From NCBI GenBank assembly GCA_977020255.1, contig CDROCS010002161.1, positions 124,001-188,000 on the forward strand: 64,000 nucleotides of DNA. Reading direction: 5' to 3'. This document shows, in pieces, positions 1-10,900 of the stretch (its first letter is position 1; every line of letters begins with the position of its first letter). The notes beneath the pieces are model-generated. The model ran no database searches. It had not been told where the DNA came from and saw only the letters and a program-made list of their open reading frames with translations. The translations under genes and the position numbers were made by a program. This stretch comes from Obrimoposthia wandeli (lineage: Eukaryota).

Positions 1-243
1 TGTGAGCTGAGTGCGATGCGGGATCTGTGTGGAAGGCTGGAGCAGAATAAGGACAATCTTCAGCGGCAGTTGTCGTCCCGATTGATGGAATTAGAACAGT
101 TACGCGCCGACAATAGCGAGCTGGAACGAATACGAGCAACCGACGCCGAGGAGTTGGAGTCACTGCGAGCTGGTCTACGAAACATGGAGACAGTTGTCAA
201 TGCTGGTCGACAGAAGGAGTACAGCACTCAGATGGATGCACAG
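1..243 (+). CDS. CEP135: Internal exon of a CEP135/TSGA10-like centriolar coiled-coil protein (C-terminal region)
   Basis: DLCGRLEQNKDNLQRQLSSRLMELEQL and METVVNAGRQKEYSTQM resemble, from memory, the CEP135 C-terminal motifs ELCIKLD..KD...QQL and LESLLA..R.KEF..HL. GC-rich segment ends at CAG|GT (donor 244), then AT-rich intron. Confidence 0.65.
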
Positions 244-597
244 GTTATCCCGAGCGAGCTCTTGATTTTATGGAACCATCTACAGAATGTTGTTGTTAGG
301 ATTATAATATGGCTGTCCATCTTAATGTATAACTTACATATTTTTTATTTTAATTCTGCTCATAGTTAATAACTAAACAGAACCAGCGTATATATATAGT
401 GTGTATTATTTCATGTTATTGTTATTTCTTAATATTTCAATTTTAAAGATATGATCAAGCTTTCTTCACAATAAATATCGAAAAAAAGGTATAAATTCAA
501 CAAAAAATTTCAAAAGTCATTTGAAAATCAAACTATTTTGAAAGTAGCTCATATGCTACATGTTATCCTTAAAAAAAGCCATTTCTTATGTCTGCAG

Positions 598-942
598 CAG
601 CGCATTGCGGAGCTGGAAACGGAGCTTGCAGCGGCGGGTTGTTTGCGGGCACAAGTGGACCGGCTGAGTCGTGATCTGGCGCGTAGTGGAGCCCACAACC
701 GCGAACTCGAGACGGAGTTAGAGCGATCCCGACGACAGCTCACAGCCGATAAATTTCAGCTGGAGCTAGCCAGTCAGGAGCTGCGACGTGCTCGGGAAAT
801 CACCCCATCTGCTGTGGCTACCCCAGCCCCCATCATCGGCTGTGGGAGTCACAATAACCCATATCTTGATGAAACCACCAATCGCGAGACCGACTATCTC
901 AGGTTTTACAGAACATATATTATTACAGTGTTGTTTTATTAA
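598..942 (+). CDS. CEP135: Next (probably last) exon of the CEP135-like gene
   Basis: Acceptor tctgcag at 597 (alternative cag at 600). RRQLTADKFQLELASQELRR resembles CEP135 KRQISTERYERERAIQEMRR. Stop at 940-942; an alternative donor at 903 is possible. Confidence 0.6.
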   Translation, partial: QRIAELETELAAAGCLRAQVDRLSRDLARSGAHNRELETELERSRRQLTADKFQLELASQELRRAREITPSAVATPAPIIGCGSHNNPYLDETTNRETDYLRFYRTYIITVLFY

Positions 943-1269
943 TAACTTGTTTATATTATATTCTATGAAGACTACAAAAATGTTCACTAACTATTCCGAC
1001 TTGAACGGGGATTTCGATAAAAAAAAGGTTGTGAGAACAAATACAACAGTGAGACTGAATATTTCCCAAACGGTAAACGGTCTCAAAAAGTGTAGTTATT
1101 TAAAAAAAATTATTTTTGCTTTGTGTGTTCAGAAAGTTTCGAATAGATATCCAAGAATTTAAACAGAGTCAAATCCAGATTTAATAAACATTTATTTATA
1201 CCTAGTCACCTAATAAATGTATAACACATGAAAAATGCATTATCATTGCACGCACAAATTTAGATTGAT

Positions 1270-2000
1270 TATTGCAATGCACTTTAAATGAAATCACTAA
1301 GTTCTTCTTCATCAACGAAAATACGTTGACTACGTAAGTTCTCCAACTTTTCAAACCACCAGAAGTCTTCAAGATTGAAATCGGAGCCTCTCGCTTGTTT
1401 CTTTATTCCTTTGAATCCAGAAACTGAGTCACTAATTGACTGACGTGAGGCCTCACATGGTCATGAACCGACCAGCTGCATCGCCATTCATTTGGATTAG
1501 GCATATGACTGAATTTCTGGTGCATGTTTTTCAGAAACTGCACATAAACCTGCCCATTTGTAATCTTAGTCTCTAAGCCGATTATTTGACATCAAAACTT
1601 AAACATCGCTATTTTTCAGAAGTCGTACCAAATATTTCAACGATTGTCATCTTCAAATTACAATTCAATCCGAATTTGCAGGGTTATTCTGGAGTCTAAT
1701 GAAGAACACTAGTATAACGGGTTCTGAAATTTTGATACAATGAAGAACACTTCAGCTATCTTCAGCAGTTTTTGTTAACTAGAATTGTATGGTTGTTATT
1801 CTTGAGACCGTGCTTGGAAAAGCCTTTAGATTTTTTTCCGTTTCAACGTCTTCATTATTCTTAGCAATTTTCAATGAAATCAGAGCTCTCAAATTCGATA
1901 CGTGTCTTGTAATCAATATTCTCAACTGCGCTGTTGACTTATTTCGAAACCAGTCTACTAATGGAACAATCAATTTTAAACTGAAATGTATTAATTATTT
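1270..2000 (-). mobile_element. Degenerate mariner (Tc1/mariner) transposase remnant
   Basis: Minus-strand frames give HDHVRPHVSQLVTQFLDSKGIK...SDFNLEDFWWFEKLENLRSQRIFVDEEEL, resembling the mariner HDNARPH...PSD..LF..L...L....F.DEEEL C-terminus. Many stops and frameshifts. Confidence 0.55.
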
Positions 2001-2430
2001 TTTAAACATTTTTCATCGAATCTCTCCCTAAATTTTACTAAAGAAATAAAAACATTAAAAACATATTAATTTAAAGTTATTATCAGTTCGTTGATTGCGT
2101 AAATAAATAAACAATAATTCTTGTATAAATCTGTAAACTTAATGTATATAAAAAGATGTAATATTGATCTAGTTACAATATAAAAGTTGTACTCATTTAT
2201 ACGGCGGAGTCTTATTAAATTGAAAATCATAACATCGAAAGCTTGTTAACTTTTTGATTTTCATTACACCGACAAATTTCATTGATATTTCTGGAAAAAA
2301 TAGAAAAGCTGAAAATAGTTTTTTTTGAATAAAACTAACCATTTCTTATTTTTTAAAAATGATGATTTCGGTATTATGACAAAGTGAAATTTACCTTTCA
2401 AGATAATTTGAAATTCTATAATTATGCTCT

Positions 2431-2928
2431 ATGGATAGTCCCGAATCCATGGCAATCAGTGGTGCCACTTCCGCGGGTTTTATCACAACTGATGACACGA
2501 CAAGCGGACAACACCATGATGAAAAGGAAGAGGAGGAAAACAGCAACAATGCACCAGTAGAGCCGTGTCACCACGGCTGCTTTCATAGTCGTGACTGCGG
2601 CTCTCAACTGATAGGCAAGTGCAGTCACGGCTGCCGACATTCGCCACAGTGTCTGGCTGCTAGAAGCCGTTTCCAACGTCAGAAGCAGCACAATCAACTC
2701 AATCAGCAACAACTGCAACAGTCCAATCATGGTAACAACAACAACAGTAGACGACGACAGTGTCCACAACACCAGGATAACCAACTGCCACCTCCACCGG
2801 AGTGCAATAGTCTCGAACTGGTAGACGCCACCGATGCCAGTGTCTCCCAGCGGCTCAGTCATAGTTTCTATGACTCTCCCACCACTGTCGCTACTTCTAC
2901 CACCACGTACGATACACCTATTGACTGA
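2431..2928 (+). CDS. Orphan Gln/Asn/His/Cys-rich coding segment (probable first exon of a host gene)
   Basis: GC-rich 165-aa ORF with ATG in AT-rich background. Contains CHHGCFHS and CSHGCRHS plus Q/N runs. Exon end uncertain. Confidence 0.5.
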   Translation: MDSPESMAISGATSAGFITTDDTTSGQHHDEKEEEENSNNAPVEPCHHGCFHSRDCGSQLIGKCSHGCRHSPQCLAARSRFQRQKQHNQLNQQQLQQSNHGNNNNSRRRQCPQHQDNQLPPPPECNSLELVDATDASVSQRLSHSFYDSPTTVATSTTTYDTPID

Positions 2929-3360
2929 CGTTGATGGTTGTCAAGTTCTTGTTCTTAAGTTGGTTTTATGATGAAATTGCCGATGAAATATCTGTTATAT
3001 TGATGCTTTCTATTTGCTATTTTTCTCTTGTTAATGCACACTGACAGGGAAAGTTACTGAAGTGGTAATCAAACATCTTCATATTTTCATAATACTCTCA
3101 AATTTATTTGTCCAGAAAATATTAGCTTTTCAAAATCACCAGATATTTAACCAAATCAAATGATTAAATTTCTATTTTTTTCTATTTATTGGTGAGTTTT
3201 AGTTTAAAAAATATGTCAAATTATTTAAAATAAATGTAATCATAATGTAAATTTTACTAACCAAGATGTTATATTATAATTAATTCATTTTAAAATATTA
3301 TAATGATCTGTGATTTTCCCTTCCTTTGTGAATGTTAATATCGATATTTAATCACTTCAG

Positions 3361-3672
3361 CTCATCGAGTGGAGTCCACACAGGTCGGTCACTGACATAC
3401 CAGTCCAGTTCAATAGCAACTATAATCAATGGTAATAATGTCGTCATGGAGCCGCAAGGTTCCGCTGATAATAGTAACCTAGTATCGCCCACAACAGCCA
3501 CAAGTCAGGTTAATACGGTCGCCAAGACAACCTTATCGTCATTGGGTTCAAGCAACCCAGTTGCAGCCAATGACGACACGATCAAGGTGACCGGATGTGA
3601 GGACGATATTGAAGATGACCTTGATGATGAGCTTGATGGTGGCGTTAACGAGGACGAATATGACGGGGAGCT
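3361..3672 (+). CDS. Internal exon, Ser/Thr-rich with acidic tail (same gene as 2431 ORF?)
   Basis: Acceptor ttcag ends at 3360; strong donor GTGAGT at 3673. 312 nt, symmetric phase 1, open frame ending EDDIEDDLDDELDGG. Confidence 0.55.
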
Positions 3673-5191
3673 GTGAGTGATTACAATTCACTATCGCCGC
3701 CAAATTATGTCAGCATTTGACTAAACACAGCCTCTTCTGTTCAAATTGTCTCATTTCCACATGATATATGTTTGTAATTCTGGATTAAAAATAAGTTTGA
3801 TTGGTTTAAACACCGAGATTCATCAAATATTCCCAAAACAAAATCTTCACTACACCATACGCCACTTTTATAAGATAGAATTCATCATATGTACAAGCCT
3901 TTCATACAAGACAAGTTTGCAACATTTTAAAAATCTTAAACCGCTCTCCCCATCCCAATAAATGCAGTTTCAGTTCGAGAGATTAATGTTATGTTTTCTT
4001 GTGCGCCCATCCTTTGTTATGCGGATCATAATTTCCCATGTTATATCAACTACTAATTAAATATGTTGCAATATATTATATAATTCATTTTATGTCGCTG
4101 TACCTTTAAATTGTGTTTTTCAGACTCACGTCTCGTTCTGTTGAAAAATCAAAAGTTTACATAATTAATTAGGCATTAAAACTCATGTATAATAGGATTT
4201 TTCAATTTATTCTTTGAGCTTCTTAATTATGTGATGCATTTTATCAATATAACTGAAATCATGTCATTTTTATGGTCTATATAGTAAATGATGTGATGCT
4301 GTATGTATATATTTTTGATTTTAATACATGCATGACGTGATAAGTATGGAGATGTATTGATTCAATAATATATTTTATCTTTGATTATTTTATTAGTAAA
4401 TGAGTGGGAGGTACTAAAAGCATCTATTATTTCTCCCTATACCTTCATATGCTAGATAATATTTCCAAGGCTAGATCGTAAATAAATATCCGAACATAAT
4501 TGGTCTGAACATCTCAAATTTATCTTTATGATTATATTAACCTGTAAAAAAAATTCAGATTCAGGAACATTGAAAATTGGCTAAACTTTGAATGGATTAA
4601 CATTTTTTATTTTGATCGTAGTTTTCGGCAAATTCTAAACTAATATTTTTAGAGATTACATGTATTTTCCGGTTTATAATGCAAACCTATATTTTTGATT
4701 GTTCATAACTTTTATACAGATCGATTTTTCATGGTGAGTGGACGATGATTGACTTTTTACTGGGCTTCATTTTAAGTTGTCTCAAAAGAATTGATGCACC
4801 AATACGAGCGTGTTGAAAATACTGAAGGTACAGTTAACTTTTTTATTAACTGGCTTTAATATCTGAATAGTTAATAAGTAGTTAGTGTTTTGAAATTTTG
4901 CAGGTTAATTTCTACAAATGATTTGGCATTAATTAAGACATTCCTTAAGTAAACACAGGTAGATTTCGGAATCAGTTTTCACTGTAATCTGAGTATGTGC
5001 TTGTGAAAACTGATAATAATTTTGTCGGTGTCATTTTAAGTGAATGTCAGGAATTGGAATCCTTACAACCATTCATACCTATTGTAGCTCTTAAAAATCA
5101 TATTTTTTTATTATTTAACTGATTCTAAATTATATGTTTATTATCTTATTTATTCTGATCAATAATACTTCAATAAATTTCAAGTAGAAAT

Positions 5192-6739
5192 ATGTTATGC
5201 AATCCTCCACTAAATAAACTTAGAACATCTTTATCAGATGAATCGAAAAGTTTCCTAAAAGATGCCTTGGCTGTGAGATTTAGGTTTAGTGAATACTTTT
5301 TCTTTAATCGAGAAATAATAAACAGGAAGAAATTGTTTTCTAACATGGAATCAGATGTGATGCAACTTTATCTTAATGTAATTAGAAACAGCAAAGTAAA
5401 GCAATCTGAATTTACAATAAAAGGTCTGATAAACTCCGGTTACTATGGAAACTGTTATCTAATGAAGCGATTAAAGAAGCTCTACTACTTTAAGACTGTT
5501 AGAGCGAAATTATTAAAATCAAAAACAAATAGTATGGATTTTATAACAATGAATTACATCGGTTTGCTTCGCGAGAGGGACACACTATTGAATTGCGGTG
5601 GTATTTGGTCACCGAAAGTGCTGCAGACTTTGAATCAACACAATCTTTCGATCATGATAGGCATCGAAGCCGTGACTGGCTGGAGTCTGTGTAACAGTGT
5701 TGCTATGATTCATGCTGGGAGCTGCTCAAAATGTCTGATTTACTCACGCCGCAATCAGATGACCGTGAGAGCTCAGAGTGCTCTGTTGACCGGTTCTGTA
5801 GATTATATTGAGCCACTGTCTGCGAACATTGTACCGTTTGTCAGGTTTTGGATAGCCGAACTGCTGGTTGCCATACGATTCATTCACAAACAAGGCGTAC
5901 TTCATCGTAATTTGCGACCGAACAACATCATTGTCTCTAGCCGAGGTCATCTGAAGCTTACAGACTTTGGAATCAGTTCTGAGCTTTATCGAATCAATGA
6001 CCGAAAGAAATCTGACACCAATATTCGAAACGACAATACTATTGCTTTTGAATGTATCAACTGTCTAACAGAATTACCAGAAGCAATTTTGCAACCAGAT
6101 CCATTCGATACCAGAAGATCAGTTTTTGCAAACAGGTATGCATATCCCTTTAAAATGTTCGGTTCGACCGCATATTCAGCACCGGAGTTGCACAGTAGCT
6201 CAACAATTGCAGAGTACACATCGAAATGTGATTATTGGTCTGCAGGCTGCATATTTTTCTACATGCTTTTCATGATTAGTCCTTTTGATGTCACAGTCTC
6301 AACAATGGAAGAGGCTAAGTTGGATCTTTCTAACAAGTCTTTGTTGAATGCGAAACTTGTGGAGAAACGATGTAGGAATATTCCATCAGCAACACAATTA
6401 CTGCTAGAAATTCTTTGTGTAGAACCATGTTCTAGATTAGATGACCATTTCGAAGAATCGAAATGGTTGCCAGAAAGTCTTGAATTTTTTAGAGGGTTGA
6501 ATTTCTATAACCTGTTGCAAATTGAGCCTCCTTTTAAGCCAGTGGTTATGGACCGAGAAATGTGTTTCGATACTAAGCCTATGGATGCTGAAGACAGTAT
6601 TTACGAAATGATTGGAGACTTGGGATCGAATTACATGGATCCTTATAAAGCTAGACCAAATATTAATATGAATGAATCCCCGTGCAATAGAAGTTCTAGT
6701 TTCGGCGGTTCTTCAAGATATTCAATGCAAGCATATTAG
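5192..6739 (+). CDS. Intronless NDR/LATS-family (AGC) kinase-like protein, probable pseudokinase
   Basis: LLRERDTLL, RFWIAELLVAIRFIH, HRNLRPNN, HLKLTDFG, long insert between subdomains VII and VIII typical of NDR/LATS, GSTAYSAPE, CDYWSAGCI, AGC tail PPFKP..D...FD. True start uncertain. Confidence 0.8.
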   Translation: MLCNPPLNKLRTSLSDESKSFLKDALAVRFRFSEYFFFNREIINRKKLFSNMESDVMQLYLNVIRNSKVKQSEFTIKGLINSGYYGNCYLMKRLKKLYYFKTVRAKLLKSKTNSMDFITMNYIGLLRERDTLLNCGGIWSPKVLQTLNQHNLSIMIGIEAVTGWSLCNSVAMIHAGSCSKCLIYSRRNQMTVRAQSALLTGSVDYIEPLSANIVPFVRFWIAELLVAIRFIHKQGVLHRNLRPNNIIVSSRGHLKLTDFGISSELYRINDRKKSDTNIRNDNTIAFECINCLTELPEAILQPDPFDTRRSVFANRYAYPFKMFGSTAYSAPELHSSSTIAEYTSKCDYWSAGCIFFYMLFMISPFDVTVSTMEEAKLDLSNKSLLNAKLVEKRCRNIPSATQLLLEILCVEPCSRLDDHFEESKWLPESLEFFRGLNFYNLLQIEPPFKPVVMDREMCFDTKPMDAEDSIYEMIGDLGSNYMDPYKARPNINMNESPCNRSSSFGGSSRYSMQAY

Positions 6740-7659
6740 CAGACAATATTACTTTTTAAGTATGAGATTAATTTATATTTGAGTGATACTATGTAATTAT
6801 TCTACCAGTATAATTTAATTTTTAACATATTTTGATTCATCATCGACGCTACGACCTAGTCCAAAACTGGGTAGTGCAGTTAGCTCTCATTTACTCACTG
6901 ACTAGCTACATACCGATGACGGGTTTGGCCAACCCAAGGCGAAACTCGATATATATTTAAGGGCTATCACCCTGTCTTAAAACTAACTAAATTCGATATG
7001 TCCCAAAATGGCCAAAAATTAAATACGAACATGTACTTTAAAGCACAAAATATTGTTGCCCTGGATGGATTAATATTCCTATCCATCCAATAGGTTTGCT
7101 TGTTTCAAATTATAATTAAGCTTGGTGATATGTTTTCTGCAAATATTAGTAAAACTATAACATTAGTTAAGCGAACTCCAAAATATACAAAGGAAATTAC
7201 CGAGATTGTATTATATGTGCTTCACATGTTCTAAGTAGATATAACATGTACAACAAGGCTTTTCCGGTAATTTTCTTTTAATTTATGTTATTTCTTAAAA
7301 TATCAATCACACAAGTCTTATGTTAGTTGATTGTTTCAAATCTTAAGATTTTTAAACCCAATCAGCGAAGGATTTTAACATTAGAACAATAGGAAGCCCT
7401 TATGTTTGTTGAGACTAGGAAATTTAAAAAATTATTAAATAAATAATTATTTATATTTAAGATTATGAAGGTTAAGAAAATTAATTTATTAAAATTAATT
7501 ATATAGAATTTTAAAAGTTTTGAAATAAATTGAAGTTTAAATAAGGACTTTGAAGATGTCATAAAATATGTAGATAAATTAAGAGAAAGTGTAAAAATGG
7601 GGCCGAAGAAATAGAATAGATAGAAACAAGAATTGTGTCTATATTCCGATTGGTGAATC

Positions 7660-7960
7660 GGCCACAGTGACCGCGAGACAAGAAGCAACGACGAGGAAAA
7701 TTTCTATCGTACAGGTAACAGCTGGAGTTAACATAAAACTATTGACTTGGTTACAGCGCAGTAACGTTGATTTATCGATCCAGTGAGCCCAGTGAGACAA
7801 AAAGTAGCGACGAGGAAAGTCTCTCTCGTGCAGGTAACAGCTAGAATTTAGTATAAATACCATTGAAATTGTTCATAGCTCAGATACGTTAATAATTAAT
7901 CAAGTGAACCACAGTCAGCCAAAGGCAACGTCGACGAAGAGAACTTCTATCGAGTGCCGA
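7660..7960 (+). repeat. Three diverged ~120-bp direct repeats upstream of the pPolB relic
   Basis: gacgaggaa...tatcgtacaggtaacagct recurs at ~7690, ~7810 and ~7930. Translates as degenerate ETRSNDEENFYRTGNS / ETKSSDEESLSRAGNS. Confidence 0.6.
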
Positions 7961-8399
7961 CAAGTTACTAATTGAAACAGAAAATCAAACTAGCGTTAGT
8001 CTCAAGACAGAGAGTTAGCGATCCAACAACATAACAGAGGACTAATCGATCTCGTAAATAGGACCAAGCCAGTGTAATATACCGCGATTTGAGAGAAAGA
8101 ACCCATCTCTCTCAATCAACATATTTACATTCAATAGGATTTCTAATGTACAAATGGATAGGGATATCTTTAAAAAGTTCCTATGTGGATGTAATTTATA
8201 GAACCACAAACCCGGACGCTACAGAAATCAATATTCTCCTTTAAGAAAAAAATGATAATTTTCATTATGCCGGTATTCCTAAACTCAATAGGCTATTTAA
8301 TTATAGGAATAAAGGTGCATCTAATCGCATCCAGTGTACTTGGTGCCATAAGTGTCCCCATGGGTTCTAGAGGCCAATAACTTACATCAAACACGTTCC

Positions 8400-10900
8400 A
8401 CTCTGTAGGATGAATTTGAAGCATTCAACACTTTATTCAATGCCTATAGAGAAGCATATTGAATTTAAGTACTTTTCAAAAACGATTTCTCCGCCTTTAG
8501 CTGTTTACGCGGACTTTGAGTCTGTGTAACCGCCACATGGAATTCGTCATCAGATCCAGCTACCAATTTCGGTCGGTATGCTCATGTCTCCCGTTGCAGC
8601 CACAACAGGGTACACACACATTACTCAGTCTTTACAGAAGAATCTTGTGTGGTATCATTTTTGCAGAAGTTAGGAGACTTGAAAGAGGTTGTTCTCCCAT
8701 AGTATAAAAATCATGGTATCGAGGTGATGCGTCAACTTACATGGGAACAGGTATCGAGTTTCGATGCTGCAACAATATGTTACCTGTGTAAGAAGAAACT
8801 GACAAACAAAGTTCAAGATCACGATCACATGACTGGGGAGTAACTCGAAACATGACTTATCAAGAAGAGTGAAAAGCTCTTTTCCCATCATGTTTCATAA
8901 TTTGATGGGTTGTGATATGTACCACATACTGAAACATGCACTGAGCAAGTTTCCTGACTGGAATGTCTCTGTGATGCCTCAATCAACAGAGAAATTGCAG
9001 GCTATGATGGTGCATATTGGAGGAGTCTGTATTCGTTTTATAGACTCCTTGCAGTTTTTGTATAGCAGGCTTGAGAAACTTGTTGAAAATCTGGGTGTTA
9101 CTCCTCTAACACATTCTGTCTTCCCGCAACATCTGGTAAGCGCTAAGAGCATCTTCCCATACGATATGGTAGTATCAGAGACTACTATGAGCGCTATCAC
9201 GAGCTTATCACCGATTTGGAGCGAGAAGATTAAACCAGCACAGTATGAGATGCGAAGAAGATCTGGACTCAGAGGGGCTGCATATCGCTCTGGGACTATA
9301 TGCTGGTCTACATGAAGATGGACATCTACCTACTAGCCGATGTTTTTACTACATTCCGGACCAAGGCCATTGAAAATGACTGGCTGGAATCACTCAATTT
9401 CTTCTCCATACCTGGTTTTGAATCTATATATATTTTACTAAGTTTTTCTAAGTAATGATAAGTAAATTTTTATTAAATACATTTTTATCAAATAAATTTT
9501 CAATAAGTAATGATTTTAGTAAATGGTTTATTGATATTTTTATATATATTTCAGTTTACAGGACTGACTTTTGCGAGTGCATTCAAGTCACTGCTTTGTC
9601 CGGATTCCTCTGCTTCTACCGTTGCTTCCACCTCTGCTGCTCATCCTGTACGAATCGAGCTCATCCAGGATTAGAAGATGTACCGTTTCTTCCGGTCCAT
9701 GATTCGAGGGGGTATGACCTTCGTGAATGAGCATAAGGTGGATGCTATCAATGACACAGAACTTTTATACATAGATGTGAACAATTTGTACGGGTGGGGA
9801 TGTCCCAGTTTTTACCTTGTGGTAACTTTTCCTGGGTAACTGATCAATTATAGTTGAAGAATATTATTTCTAGCTTAAAACAAGCGGATTTATCTTGTAG
9901 TCGCTTTGCTCATTTATTGGAATTAGATTTATCTATTTCCAATGAGCTACATAATAAATCCGAGGATCTTCCTCTAGATCCAATTAAACGACCTCCACCA
10001 TGGTGCAAAAGTAAGACTGCAAAATTATTACTTATACACTACCCTAAGAAACATTATGTTGTACATTCTAGATTGCTACAAATTCACGTTAGAGTCGGTG
10101 CTAATGTAGATTTTGTATACAGAGCAATACAGTTTGAACAAACTAATGTTTTTTCAAGACATATTGAGGAAAATTCTCTTAAAAGAGCTGCAGTTACAAC
10201 AGATTTCGAGAAAGATTATTATAAACTAAAGGTGAATTCTTTATTTTAAAACTCATTGAGAATCTAATGAAAATATTAATCTTCGGATTTGTAATACTCC
10301 ACAGAAGCTGGTAACCTATTGTAGTAAAGCTCACTTTTGTAGAACAATCGAAATCGATACGAATCTTATCGCAGTTCTACTGAATAAGTAAAATATTGTT
10401 TTGGATCGTCCTAGTTATATAGGCCAGGCAGTATTAGATTTAAGCAAACTTCGTATGTATGAGCTACAATATATGCAGTTGGAGAAATATCGAGCTCAAT
10501 TTAACTGTGGCATAAGAATTATAGCAATGTGACACTGATAATTTTTTTGTTGAATAATGTAATAATGTAAATGTTCAAGAATCATTGTTACCTACTATGA
10601 TCGCAGATGGACTGTTGCAAACCTCGAAATTTCCAAAAACCCATCCGCTTTATACAACACTTTATACAGCGATTGGAAAATTTTAAAACGAGAGCAATGG
10701 ATTATTTAGCTATAGGCAGGGGATTTTTCTACGTCCAAAATAATATAGATTGGAGACTACAGGAGGGGAATCTTAGATGAGAGCTGAAGATATTAGTCTC
10801 AAACAGGCAAGTATTAGACATTCTAATAACTTAGCTGTATATGAGAGTGGCGTTAGCTTGCTTGTACAAAACGTATAAGCTCGTTAAATCATCAACTTTT
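8400..10900 (+). pseudogene. Polinton/Maverick protein-primed B-family DNA polymerase (pPolB) pseudogene
   Basis: AVYADFES (ExoI), CYLC..KVQDHDHMTG, MFHNLMGCD (ExoII), IRFIDSLQFL, FPYD, IRGG, YIDVNNLYGW (motif A), YYKLKVNSLF (motif B), CDTDNFF (motif C, ~10530), LRPK.Y. Many stops and frameshifts. Confidence 0.85.
9415..9561 (+). other. 147-nt GT-AG intron-like insertion inside pPolB
   Basis: Removing GTTTTG...TTTACAG gives NFFSIPG|LTFASAFK...ELIQD*KMYRFFRSMIRGG in one frame. Insert is far more AT-rich than its flanks. Confidence 0.65.
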
